Source: a bacterium
GTDB lineage: Bacteria > Sysuimicrobiota > Sysuimicrobiia > Sysuimicrobiales > Humicultoraceae
Direction of reading: 5' to 3'
Length of the DNA: 25,204 nt
Assembly (NCBI GenBank): GCA_041497675.1
Contig: JBGQGY010000041.1
Coordinates: 1-25,204, forward strand
Shown: positions 17,237-25,204 of the stretch, piece after piece
How the letters are laid out: each line of letters opens with the position of its first letter
How positions within the stretch are numbered: position 1 is the stretch's first letter
Made by a program: the position numbers and the translations under genes
The notes under the pieces: generated by a model
What the model was told of the DNA's origin: nothing
What the model saw: the letters and a program-made list of their open reading frames with translations, nothing else
Databases searched by the model: none

Positions 17237-18322
17237 CTACCGCCGCCTGCCCGTGTGCACCAGGCCTTTCGCCAGATCGCGCTCGACGTGATAGAGGAGG
17301 AATCCAGACCAGTAGGGGCTGGGCAGTTTGTAGGGGTTGTCGATCACGCCCAGATTCGTCGAGTACCCTCCGAAGACCAGCAGGAGCGCCTGAACCGCCA
17401 TCCGCTTCTCTCGTCCGAGGTCGCCATCTTTGGCGAAGATGAGCTTGGCCGGCCGCGGGCCGTCGAAGTGCCCGACGATGATCGATGAGGATGTCAAGAA
17501 CGTGGCGTCCAGTTCACGCAGAAAGCGCTTTCCCACGGCCCCGTCAACCTTGTGACCGGTCACGATGCCCCACGGGATGCTCTGATCCTGCATCAGCAGC
17601 CGCACCCACGCGATCGAGCCGCGCTTCGCGGCGTCCACGGCCTCGGCATTCAGTGCGCGATCGGAGGTGTCTTTTGCGAGCTTTTCGTGATCGACGCGCC
17701 CGGGACAACACCCATCGGGGTAGGCGCCGGTGAAGAGGTTCATCGCGGCGCGCTGGGCTGCGGGGACCTCCTGCCAGGTCGGCACCGGACTTCCCGGGGA
17801 TTTCTTGACGAACTCGTTCACCCAGTTTGAGTGGGAGTAGAAGTCCTGCACCATGTGGAGACTGGCTCCAACGATCGTGAGGAAGACGATCGGTCGGAAC
17901 CCGGGCTTGACCGACGAATCGGCCGCGTACTTGCGCAACGCCACCTTGGTGTTCGTCTCCAGGGTCGCCCACTGCTCCTCGATCTCGGCGGTGGAGAACA
18001 GCGCGTCGAAGTGGAGGCGATCCATGTCCTGGGCGTCGAGGCGGGACGCGGTCGGCGTATTCTGCGGCCGGCCGCCGGGGAGTCGCCGGACCAGGCCTTC
18101 GAAGCCGCCGATCCCGTGGGAGGTCACCGTGTAGAAGTCGGTCAGGTAGTTGGTGACCTGGGCGGCCAGACGCGCGTCGGCGGAGAAGCCGTTGGCGACC
18201 ACACCGTGCCGCGTCGCTTCGGCATGCCACCAGGTGTCGAACGCGAACGCCGGGCGAGGTGGAATTGACACGGCCATCAGCACCGCGATGATGAGCATCC
18301 TGGCGATACGTCTCGTGGTCAT
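17237..18322 (-). CDS. Secreted HET-C/vWA7-like (Zn-phospholipase C/P1 nuclease fold) protein
   Basis: Signal peptide ending AFA, mature start FDTWWH, then LHFD and GASLHMVQDFYSHSNWV; SD GGAGG. Confidence 0.7.
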   Translation of the reverse strand: MTTRRIARMLIIAVLMAVSIPPRPAFAFDTWWHAEATRHGVVANGFSADARLAAQVTNYLTDFYTVTSHGIGGFEGLVRRLPGGRPQNTPTASRLDAQDMDRLHFDALFSTAEIEEQWATLETNTKVALRKYAADSSVKPGFRPIVFLTIVGASLHMVQDFYSHSNWVNEFVKKSPGSPVPTWQEVPAAQRAAMNLFTGAYPDGCCPGRVDHEKLAKDTSDRALNAEAVDAAKRGSIAWVRLLMQDQSIPWGIVTGHKVDGAVGKRFLRELDATFLTSSSIIVGHFDGPRPAKLIFAKDGDLGREKRMAVQALLLVFGGYSTNLGVIDNPYKLPSPYWSGFLLYHVERDLAKGLVHTGRRR

Positions 18323-18400
18323 TCGCGCCTCCCAATCGTCTGGTGCTTCCGAATATGCTGCGGCTTCGGGCGTTTCCTGCCGGCGGGGACACTTCCCCCC

Positions 18401-18436
18401 AAAAGAAAAGCGCCCCGGCCCACCGAGCCAGGACGC
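18401..18436 (-). terminator. Intrinsic terminator upstream of the HET-C-like gene
   Basis: RNA GCGUCCUGGCUC-GGU-GGGCCGGGGCGC (12 bp, three G-U pairs) followed by UUUUCUUUU. Confidence 0.75.
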
Positions 18437-18460
18437 CGACCGCGCAACATCACACGGCCT

Positions 18461-18505
18461 TTAGATCAACATCCTCCACTGGTGGGCCGGGGTCTGACTA
18501 CTCAT
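18461..18505 (-). CDS. Candidate 14-aa small ORF / leader peptide MSSQTPAHQWRMLI
   Basis: Full SD AGGAGGTGA (18514-18522) 8 nt before ATG 18505; TAA at 18461-18463; lies between a promoter and a terminator. Confidence 0.6.
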   Translation of the reverse strand: MSSQTPAHQWRMLI

Positions 18506-18559
18506 CTTCGGCCTCACCTCCTCTCGTGTTAGCCACCTTGAAAGGTGGTTAATGCCTGC

Positions 18560-18588
18560 AGGATACCTCAGCCGGCGCACTCTGGCAA
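18560..18588 (-). promoter_or_regulatory. Sigma70-type promoter driving the sORF transcript
   Basis: TTGCCA (18583-18588), 17 nt spacer, TATCCT (18560-18565). Confidence 0.7.
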
Positions 18589-18613
18589 GCCCCGCCCCGC
18601 GCGCGGGTCGTCC

Positions 18614-19021
18614 TTATCGCGCCACGCCGTAGCGCAACAGGACGCTCACGTGACCCAGCGCGGCGCGTTCTTCCACCGTGACCGCATAGAAGCGCCGGCG
18701 CGACTGGTCGGCCATGAACCGGGTGTACACGCGGCCCGTGCTCTTGGGGAGTTCGCTTTCGAACGTCGCCGTCTGTCCGCGCACCTCGGTCTTGGCGTAG
18801 AAGTCGCGCACCTTGTCAAATGGCGCCTGAATCCGCAACTCAACCTGCTCCCACGACGCGGGCGGGAACCCAAACTGCTCCCCGACGGCCGAGGTCGAGC
18901 CCACATAGGACGCGCCGGGGTAGAAGGGGAGGTCGCCCACACGGTCGCGACGGGCGCAACCCGCGACCGCTAGCGCACAGAGCGCAAGGATCGCCCCCGC
19001 CACCCTAGACCGGTGACTCAC
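18614..19021 (-). CDS. Hypothetical lipoprotein
   Basis: GTG 19021 overlapping the upstream stop (GTGA); signal with lipobox-like AVAG-C; LPFYPGA follows. Confidence 0.65.
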   Translation of the reverse strand: MSHRSRVAGAILALCALAVAGCARRDRVGDLPFYPGASYVGSTSAVGEQFGFPPASWEQVELRIQAPFDKVRDFYAKTEVRGQTATFESELPKSTGRVYTRFMADQSRRRFYAVTVEERAALGHVSVLLRYGVAR

Positions 19022-19539
19022 GGCTCGAACCTGATTTCGATCTGCTCCCCGTCCTTGGGGACAACCGCCGGAAAGTTCGGGGTCGGCACGCCGTTGATCA
19101 GCACGCTCACGGTGCCCGCGCGCCCGTCCGCGCACCGGTCGCCGTTCTTGACCGTCTTAGATCCAATCGTGATCGACGTCTCCGTGACTTGAAGCGCGAC
19201 GCTGTTGAGGAAGGCCGCGATGGTGGCGTTGCGCCCCGCGGTGGCCGAACTGTCCGGGTGGATGTGGATGATGTCGTCACCGTGGGTGTGGATGTCGCCC
19301 ACCGACTGTGGCAGCGGCGGGACACGCTCGCCGCAGACGACGATCTTGAACGGCGCGTGCCAGTGATCGCCGATACTCGGCCCCGACGGCTGACTCCCGA
19401 CGATGGCCACGACCGCCGCCATCACGATGACCACGACAGACCCCGCCACCCACGGTGCCCATGACCACCGCTGGCGCGTGATCGCCGGCGCCTGGCGCGG
19501 CCGCCTCGGCGTCGTCCGTGGCCCGGTCTGGGGCCACAT
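19018..19539 (-). CDS. Membrane-anchored hypothetical protein with His motifs
   Basis: One TM helix, then DHWH and IHTHGDDIIHIHP, two Cys; ATG 19539 overlaps the upstream stop (TGATG). Confidence 0.7.
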   Translation of the reverse strand: MWPQTGPRTTPRRPRQAPAITRQRWSWAPWVAGSVVVIVMAAVVAIVGSQPSGPSIGDHWHAPFKIVVCGERVPPLPQSVGDIHTHGDDIIHIHPDSSATAGRNATIAAFLNSVALQVTETSITIGSKTVKNGDRCADGRAGTVSVLINGVPTPNFPAVVPKDGEQIEIRFEP

Positions 19540-19892
19540 CAGGCCAGGTCCGAGAGCAGCGTTGACAGGTGCTGCGTCACGGACGAGTTCGTCACCACCC
19601 GGTCGCAGCCCGCATCGGCCGCCGCCCGGCGGCGGGACGTGTCGGTATGGCCGCAAAAGCCCACCACGGGGATTCCGGCGAGATCCGGTTCGGTCTTCAG
19701 GGTGCGGATCAGTTCGATCGAATCATGGGATCTCGCGGCCAGGTTCACGACGATCACATCGGGGCGGTGGCGTCTCGCGCCCGCCAGCGCCTGGCCGGCC
19801 CCGCACCCGGCGCTGGACCATCCGGCCTCGCGGACCTGGTGCAGCAGCCGGGTACAGGAGAGCAGGTTGTCGTCGACGACCAACACGTGCAT
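19539..19892 (-). CDS. Stand-alone atypical receiver-domain protein
   Basis: HVLVVDDN, RPDVIVVNL, IELIRTLK..PDLAGIPVVGF, AAADAGCD: CheY-like pattern with Asn at the phosphoacceptor site. Confidence 0.75.
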   Translation of the reverse strand: MHVLVVDDNLLSCTRLLHQVREAGWSSAGCGAGQALAGARRHRPDVIVVNLAARSHDSIELIRTLKTEPDLAGIPVVGFCGHTDTSRRRAAADAGCDRVVTNSSVTQHLSTLLSDLA

Positions 19893-19900
19893 GGGAAGGA

Positions 19901-20218
19901 CTAGACGGACATCCCCATCGTCTGCAGTTGCAGCCGGCCATCCGGTGTGACTTTCTTGGTGGTCCAGGGCGGCGACCAGACGAAGGACACGGCGACGTTC
20001 TCTGCCCCGATCGCCTGCAGCCTGTTTTGGATCTCGCCCGCCAGTTGGGGGCCGACGGGGCAGCCCGGCGCCGTGAGCGTCATCACAATCGTGACGTCGT
20101 CACCCTCGAGGCGCAAATCGTAGATCAGCCCCAGATCCCAGACGTTGACCGGGATTTCTGGATCGAACACGGTCTTCAGAACCTCGATCGCCTGCTCGCG
20201 GGTAAAGGTCTCGTCCAT
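19901..20218 (-). CDS. Metal-sulfur cluster assembly factor (DUF59 / SufT / PaaD-like)
   Basis: LKTVFDPEIPVNVWDLGLIY, MTLTAPGCP, VWSPPW motifs. Confidence 0.92.
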   Translation of the reverse strand: MDETFTREQAIEVLKTVFDPEIPVNVWDLGLIYDLRLEGDDVTIVMTLTAPGCPVGPQLAGEIQNRLQAIGAENVAVSFVWSPPWTTKKVTPDGRLQLQTMGMSV

Positions 20219-20298
20219 CGCGAATCCCACCCAGGAAGCGCTCGTGATGAAGAGCGCGGCGGATTCAATTTTATCCCCGCGCAGGCGGTCCGTCAAAC

Positions 20299-20322
20299 GC
20301 GGAGATCAATGCGGAGATCAAT
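20299..20322 (+). repeat. 12-bp tandem duplication over RBS/start of UPF0182
   Basis: GCGGAGATCAAT x2. Confidence 0.85.
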
Positions 20323-23056
20323 GATGAGACGCATTCGGTGGCTGTTCTGGATCGTTGTGGTCATCCTGTTCGTTCTGGGGCCGACCCTGGCACGCTGGTA
20401 TACCGACTGGCTGTGGTTCGGTGAGGTCGGGCAACTGCGGGTATTCTGGGTGCCGTTTGTGTCGCGAATCCTGGTGACCGTCACCGTGAGCGGCGTGCTG
20501 TGGCTGCTCGCGTACGTCAACCTGCGCCCCGCGCTTCGTGGTGCCCGGCCCGACGTCATCGAGATGGCCGGCCGCGGCGGCACCTACCGCCCGGCCAGGC
20601 CACCCGCGGCCGGGCTGGTCGAGTGGTGGGGGTGGCTGCTGGCCGGCGTCGTGTTTATCCTGGGACTCTCCGCGTCCGGTGAATGGGTCATGTTTCAGCA
20701 GTTTCTCCACGCCACGCGGTTTGGAGAGGTCGATCCGCTCTTCGGCCGTGACGTCGGCTTCTACGTGTTCAGGCTACCGGTCTACCGGTTCATGGCCGAC
20801 TGGCTGTTTGTGTGGCTGGGGCTCGTCACCGCCGCGGTGGCGCTCGGCTATGCCACGATGTACGGGCGGCTCATGTTACGTGGGCTGTGGTTGGCGCCGT
20901 CGCGTGTGCGCGCCCATCTCTCGGTGCTGGTGGGCGCGGTCGTGATCGTCCGCGGCCTCGGCTTTTGGCTTGACGGCTTCGATCTGCTGTACTCGAGCCG
21001 CGGGCCGGCGTTCGGGGCGTCGTACACCGACGTGCACGCCGTGCTGCCGGCGCTGCGCATCCTGACAGTCTTGTTCCTCGTTTGTGGTGGGCTGCTCGTG
21101 GCCAACGCCTGGCTCCGCACCGTCCGGCTGGCCATCGGGACGTTGGTGCTGATCGCCGCCGCCTGGGCCGGCGGGTTGCTGTTCTACCCGGGGACGGTGC
21201 AGTCGTTCCGCGTGCGTCCCAACGAGCTGACGGTCGAGGCGCCGTACATCAAGCATGCCATCAACGGTACGCTCAAGGGATTCGGATTGGACAAAGTGCG
21301 CGAGCGGGACTTCCCGACGGCGCCGTTGGATGCGGCCGCGATTGCGCGCAACCGGGCCACCATCGACAACATTCGTCTGTGGGACTACCGGCCGTTGCTC
21401 CAGGCCTACCGGCAGCTGCAGTCGCTGCGCCCGTACTACACCTTTTCGGATGTGGACATCGACCGGTACGAATTCAACGGGACCCAGCGGCAGGTCATGC
21501 TGTCCGCGCGCGAATTGACGACCACGCGGTTGGAGCCGCAGGCCCGGTCGTGGGTGAACGAGCATCTAGTCTACACCCACGGCCACGGCCTCGTGATGAC
21601 GCCGGTCAACCGCGTCACGGAAGAGGGGATGCCCGAGTTCTTCATCAGGGATATCCCCGCGGAGGCGATCCCGGGCCTGAAGATCGCGCGGCCCGAGATC
21701 TACTTTGGCGAGCTGACGACCAACTACGCGGTCGTCAACACGAACCAGCGCGAGCTCGACTACCCACGGGGCGACGACAACGTGTACACGCGCTACCAGG
21801 GAACAGGCGGCATCCGTCTCGGGTTCCTGCCCCGTCTGGCGCTCGCGTACCGGTTCGGCGATACGAAGCTCATGCTCTCGACGGATATCGGATCCAACAG
21901 CCGCCTGCTCTTTCGGCGCCAGATCACGCAGCGCGTGACGCGGATCGCGCCATTTCTGCGCTACGACCGCGACCCGTATCTCGTGCTGGCGGACGGGGCG
22001 TTGTACTGGATCCTCGACGCCTTCACGGTGACCAACCGCTACCCGTACGCGGCTCGCTACGGCGACATCAACTACATGCGCAACAGCGTGAAGGTGGTCG
22101 TCAACGCCTACGACGGGCGGGTCGCCCTGTATCTGATGACCCCCGACGAGCCCATCGCGCGCACGCTGGCTTCGATCTTCCCCGAACTCTTCCGCCCGGC
22201 CGCCGAGATGCCGGCAGCGATCGCCGCGCACCTGCGCTATCCGGTCGACCTGCTCGAGACGCAGGCGCAGGTCTACGCCACCTACCACATGCGCGATCCC
22301 CAGGTCTTCTACAACCGCGAGGACGTGTGGGCCATCCCGAAGGAGATCTTTGGGCACGAGACCGTCCCCGTTGAGCCGTACTACGTCACGATCCGGTTGG
22401 CCGAGGGGTCGGCGCCCGAGTTCGTCCTGATCCTGCCCATGGCGCCCGCCGGGCGCGACAACATGATCGCCTGGATGGCCGCCCGCAGCGACCCGGCCCA
22501 CTACGGCGAGCTGCTCGTCTATCGCTTCCCGAAGACGCGCATCGTCTTTGGCCCGATGCAGGTCGAGTCGCGGATCGACCAGGACGCGGTGATCTCGCAG
22601 CAGTTGACGCTCTGGAACCAGCAGGGCTCGCAGGTGATCCGGGGCAACCTGCTGGTGATCCCCATTGAAGATGGCCTGCTCTACGTCGAGCCGCTCTTCC
22701 TGCAGGCTCAGCGTAGCCAGTTGCCCGAGCTGAAGCGGGTGATCGTCGCGAGCGGCACGCGAATTGTCATGGCCCAGACCCTGGACGAGGCGCTGTCGCA
22801 GCTCTTCGGGGCGCGGCCCGGTCCAGGCGTGCCTGCGCCGGTGACGCCCGGCCCGAGTCCCGGCGGACCATCGCCTGGGCCCGCGCCGGCGGCTCCCGCG
22901 GGGGCCGATGTGCGCGCGTTGAGCGAACAGGCGGTCGCAACGTACCGCCGCGCGCAGGAGCGGCTGCGCGCCGGGGATCTCGCGGGTTACGGCCGCGAGA
23001 TGGAGCGGCTGGGCAAGATCCTGGAACAATTGGACGCAGCCACCCGGCCGAAGTAG
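20321..23056 (+). CDS. UPF0182 family membrane protein
   Basis: YTDWLWFGEVG, DPLFGRDVGFYVFRLP, GASYTDVHA, NIRLWD, HLVYTHG, NYMRNSVK, HLRYP, VIRGNLLVIP; start 20309/20321/20324. Confidence 0.93.
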   Translation: MMRRIRWLFWIVVVILFVLGPTLARWYTDWLWFGEVGQLRVFWVPFVSRILVTVTVSGVLWLLAYVNLRPALRGARPDVIEMAGRGGTYRPARPPAAGLVEWWGWLLAGVVFILGLSASGEWVMFQQFLHATRFGEVDPLFGRDVGFYVFRLPVYRFMADWLFVWLGLVTAAVALGYATMYGRLMLRGLWLAPSRVRAHLSVLVGAVVIVRGLGFWLDGFDLLYSSRGPAFGASYTDVHAVLPALRILTVLFLVCGGLLVANAWLRTVRLAIGTLVLIAAAWAGGLLFYPGTVQSFRVRPNELTVEAPYIKHAINGTLKGFGLDKVRERDFPTAPLDAAAIARNRATIDNIRLWDYRPLLQAYRQLQSLRPYYTFSDVDIDRYEFNGTQRQVMLSARELTTTRLEPQARSWVNEHLVYTHGHGLVMTPVNRVTEEGMPEFFIRDIPAEAIPGLKIARPEIYFGELTTNYAVVNTNQRELDYPRGDDNVYTRYQGTGGIRLGFLPRLALAYRFGDTKLMLSTDIGSNSRLLFRRQITQRVTRIAPFLRYDRDPYLVLADGALYWILDAFTVTNRYPYAARYGDINYMRNSVKVVVNAYDGRVALYLMTPDEPIARTLASIFPELFRPAAEMPAAIAAHLRYPVDLLETQAQVYATYHMRDPQVFYNREDVWAIPKEIFGHETVPVEPYYVTIRLAEGSAPEFVLILPMAPAGRDNMIAWMAARSDPAHYGELLVYRFPKTRIVFGPMQVESRIDQDAVISQQLTLWNQQGSQVIRGNLLVIPIEDGLLYVEPLFLQAQRSQLPELKRVIVASGTRIVMAQTLDEALSQLFGARPGPGVPAPVTPGPSPGGPSPGPAPAAPAGADVRALSEQAVATYRRAQERLRAGDLAGYGREMERLGKILEQLDAATRPK

Positions 23057-23061
23057 CATGT

Positions 23062-23093
23062 ACGGGACCTGATCCTGACGGGACCTGATCCTG
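23062..23093 (+). repeat. 16-bp perfect tandem duplication in intergenic spacer
   Basis: ACGGGACCTGATCCTG x2, abutting SD GGAGGA. Confidence 0.9.
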
Positions 23094-23104
23094 GAGGAGA
23101 AGCG

Positions 23105-23509
23105 ATGAGCAGAGTGTTGCAGCAGTCCGTGACGTTCAACGTGCCGGCGGCGAGGTTGTTTGGCATCTACATGGACGCCCGCCAGCACGCGGCGGCGACG
23201 GGAGCGCCGGTTGTGGTCAGCCGAAAACCCGGGAGCCGGTTCTCGGCGTTTGGTGGCGAGGTCGCCGGCCGGACGCTGGCGGTTGTTCCCGGGCGGCTGA
23301 TCGTACAGGCGTGGCGAGGGCGGAGATGGCCCAAGACCGACGCCGATTCGGTGCTGATCCTGACCTTCACCGATACGTCGCGCGGGGGGCGCGTCGACCT
23401 GGTGCACGCCAACGTGCCGGCGCACGACTATGCCGGCGTCAAGACCGGCTGGACGCGGTACTACTGGCAGCCCTGGAAGGCCTACCTCCGCACATCCGGC
23501 AGGAAGTGA
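23105..23509 (+). CDS. SRPBCC (AHSA1-like) domain protein
   Basis: FSAFGG.V.G....VPGRLIVQAWR...W....SVLILTF...LVHANVP...GW..YYW. Confidence 0.85.
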   Translation: MSRVLQQSVTFNVPAARLFGIYMDARQHAAATGAPVVVSRKPGSRFSAFGGEVAGRTLAVVPGRLIVQAWRGRRWPKTDADSVLILTFTDTSRGGRVDLVHANVPAHDYAGVKTGWTRYYWQPWKAYLRTSGRK

Positions 23510-23511
23510 AA

Positions 23512-24621
23512 TTACTCCGCGAAACGCGCCTTGCGCACGGTGTACCGCGCGATCCGGCTCGGAACGACGTGGACACCGAGTCCGATCTCGGTGGGCACGG
23601 TGATCGTCCCGTCCGGGTTGAGCCGGACCGGCGGGTCGATGACGTCTTCGTGGAAGTAGCGGTCGCTCGCGGACAGGTCCGCCGGCAGCGAGAAGTTCGG
23701 TAGCGCGCAGAGCGCGATGTTCGCCGCCCGGCCGATGCCGGTCTCCAACATGCCGCCGCACCACACGGGCACCCCGTGCGTCTGACACACGTCATGGACC
23801 GCGATGGCCGCGGCGAGCCCCCCGACCCTGGCTTGTTTGATGTTGATGACCCGGCACGCGTTCAACTCGAGGGCGGCCCGGGCCGACCGCTCGTGCACGA
23901 TCGACTCATCCAGACAGATCGGCGTGCGCAGCTGTGCCTGCAGCTTGGCGTGGTCGACGATGTCGTCTTCTTCCAACGGCTGTTCGATCAGTAAGAGGTT
24001 GTAGTCGTCGAGGGCCTTGAACGTGGAGACGTCCGCGAGCGAGTAGGCGGAGTTGGCGTCGACCTGAAGCAGGATGTCACCAAACCGCTCGCGCAGCCGG
24101 CGGACGAGCGCCACGTCGAACCCCGGCTTGATCTTCACTTTGATGCGCCGGTAGCCCTGTGCCAGATACTGTTCGACGCGCGCCGCGACCTCATCAGCCG
24201 TTGGCTCGATGCCGATGCTGACGCCGACCAAGATCTGTTTGCGTGTGCCCCCAAGCACTTCGGCGAGACTCTTCCTTTGTCGTTGCGCCTCCAGATCCCA
24301 CAGCGCCGCCTCGATCCCGGCCTTGGCCATGTGATTTCGACGAATGGGCGCGACCTGCTGCGCAAAGGCGCGGGGGGCCGGCACCGGCCGTCCCAGCAGC
24401 GGTGGGATCAGGAAGTGCTCGAGCACCGACCAGGCCGTATCGATGGTCTCCTCGTTGTAGAGCGGCGCGCGCATGACCGGGGCTTCGCCCCAGCCTTCGA
24501 GGCCGTCGACCTGGACACGCACCAGCAAACACGCTTTGGTGTCCTCGCGGCCAAACGAGGTCTCAAACGGTGCCTTGTACGGGATCTCGATGTGGAAGAC
24601 GTCAATCGCCTCGATCGTCAT
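23512..24621 (-). CDS. menC: o-succinylbenzoate synthase / N-succinylamino acid racemase (enolase superfamily, NSAR/OSBS subfamily)
   Basis: PFETSFG, PLYNEET, KVKIKP (KxK), VDAN, IEQP, LDES, INIK, WCGGMLETGIGRA, DLSASDRY. Confidence 0.9.
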   Translation of the reverse strand: MTIEAIDVFHIEIPYKAPFETSFGREDTKACLLVRVQVDGLEGWGEAPVMRAPLYNEETIDTAWSVLEHFLIPPLLGRPVPAPRAFAQQVAPIRRNHMAKAGIEAALWDLEAQRQRKSLAEVLGGTRKQILVGVSIGIEPTADEVAARVEQYLAQGYRRIKVKIKPGFDVALVRRLRERFGDILLQVDANSAYSLADVSTFKALDDYNLLLIEQPLEEDDIVDHAKLQAQLRTPICLDESIVHERSARAALELNACRVINIKQARVGGLAAAIAVHDVCQTHGVPVWCGGMLETGIGRAANIALCALPNFSLPADLSASDRYFHEDVIDPPVRLNPDGTITVPTEIGLGVHVVPSRIARYTVRKARFAE

Positions 24622-25204
24622 CGCGACTCCTGGTCAACACATAGTCGCCCCGCAGAGGCGGCCGCAGCGGCGGCCCGGGGCGCAGGATGAAGTCGACGGC
24701 GCGATAGCCGCGCCCGAAGTAGTGCAGGAACGCCTCACGCGTGGCCAGCCGCCACGCCTGCGCCTGCCCACGATCGCGGTTGCGAATCGCGGGCAGGTCC
24801 GTCGGCACTTCGATCAGGATCGCCGGCGCGTCGAGGTCGAGCGTCGGGTCGCCCGGTCCGGTGTCCGTAGCCCGCGGGACGGTTCCCAGGGCGCGCCCCG
24901 CGCCATCCCATGCGCGCTCGACCGGCGTGCCGGCGACGGCCGCCTCCACCTGTCGCGACCGGAGCGCCCAGTCGACCTCCAGACGGTCGCTGTCCAACCC
25001 CCGGTTGATGTCGTCGGGCATCTGTCCGTAGTAGTTGACGTAGTAGCGATGCGCCGTGGCGCCCAGTTTGTGGAGGTTGAATCGCGCGTTGACACTCTGC
25101 ATCGGATCGTACGTCCAGACGGCGTGATCGTACCCCATCGCGAGGGCGGCCTCGCGCTGAGCGCACTTCAAGAGGAAGCCGACATCTTGCAGTTGCCGTG
25201 ACCC
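24602..25204 (-). CDS. GNAT family acyltransferase (putative D-amino acid N-succinyltransferase), 5' end outside window
   Basis: Frame open to the window edge: VGFLLKCAQR...WTYDPMQSVNARFNLHKLGA...NYYG....INRGLDSDRLEVDW; overlaps the start of the OSBS/NSAR gene. Confidence 0.85.
   Translation of the reverse strand, partial: GSRQLQDVGFLLKCAQREAALAMGYDHAVWTYDPMQSVNARFNLHKLGATAHRYYVNYYGQMPDDINRGLDSDRLEVDWALRSRQVEAAVAGTPVERAWDGAGRALGTVPRATDTGPGDPTLDLDAPAILIEVPTDLPAIRNRDRGQAQAWRLATREAFLHYFGRGYRAVDFILRPGPPLRPPLRGDYVLTRSRDDDRGD

Noticed and set aside
19403..20320. Apparent 1217-aa giant ORF
   Set aside because: The first ~306 codons are Arg/Gly/Pro-rich read-through antisense to three real minus-strand genes; UPF0182 begins near 20321.
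21566..23788. 740-aa minus-strand ORF
   Set aside because: Antisense shadow of UPF0182/SRPBCC, with no motifs.

Overview
GC-rich bacterial chromosomal window with no rRNA, tRNA, CRISPR array or transposase recognised. 1-6794 is a phosphate locus. A PiT transporter (partial) and its DUF47 partner face left. Facing right are an unusual DUF47 (PhoU-like) protein fused to an OmpR/PhoB-type winged-helix DNA-binding domain with no receiver domain, six ~11-bp-phased PHO-box-like repeats, pstSCAB-phoU, and an ArsC/LMW-PTP-fold gene whose catalytic Cys codon is an in-frame TGA (candidate selenoprotein). The middle holds DUF3105, an MBL hydrolase, rplY-pth, a Mo-oxidoreductase, an MFS transporter and a visibly more AT-rich four-gene biosynthetic cassette (methyltransferase, FAD oxidoreductase, SRPBCC cyclase, FabF-like ketosynthase). 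The right part holds a phosphodiester glycosidase and a HET-C/vWA7-like secreted Zn protein preceded by an unannotated promoter-sORF-terminator/antiterminator element. It continues with a SufT/pseudo-receiver/His-motif protein/lipoprotein cluster, UPF0182, an AHSA1-type SRPBCC protein and a GNAT + OSBS/NSAR pair. All calls rest on motif recognition by eye; no searches were run.
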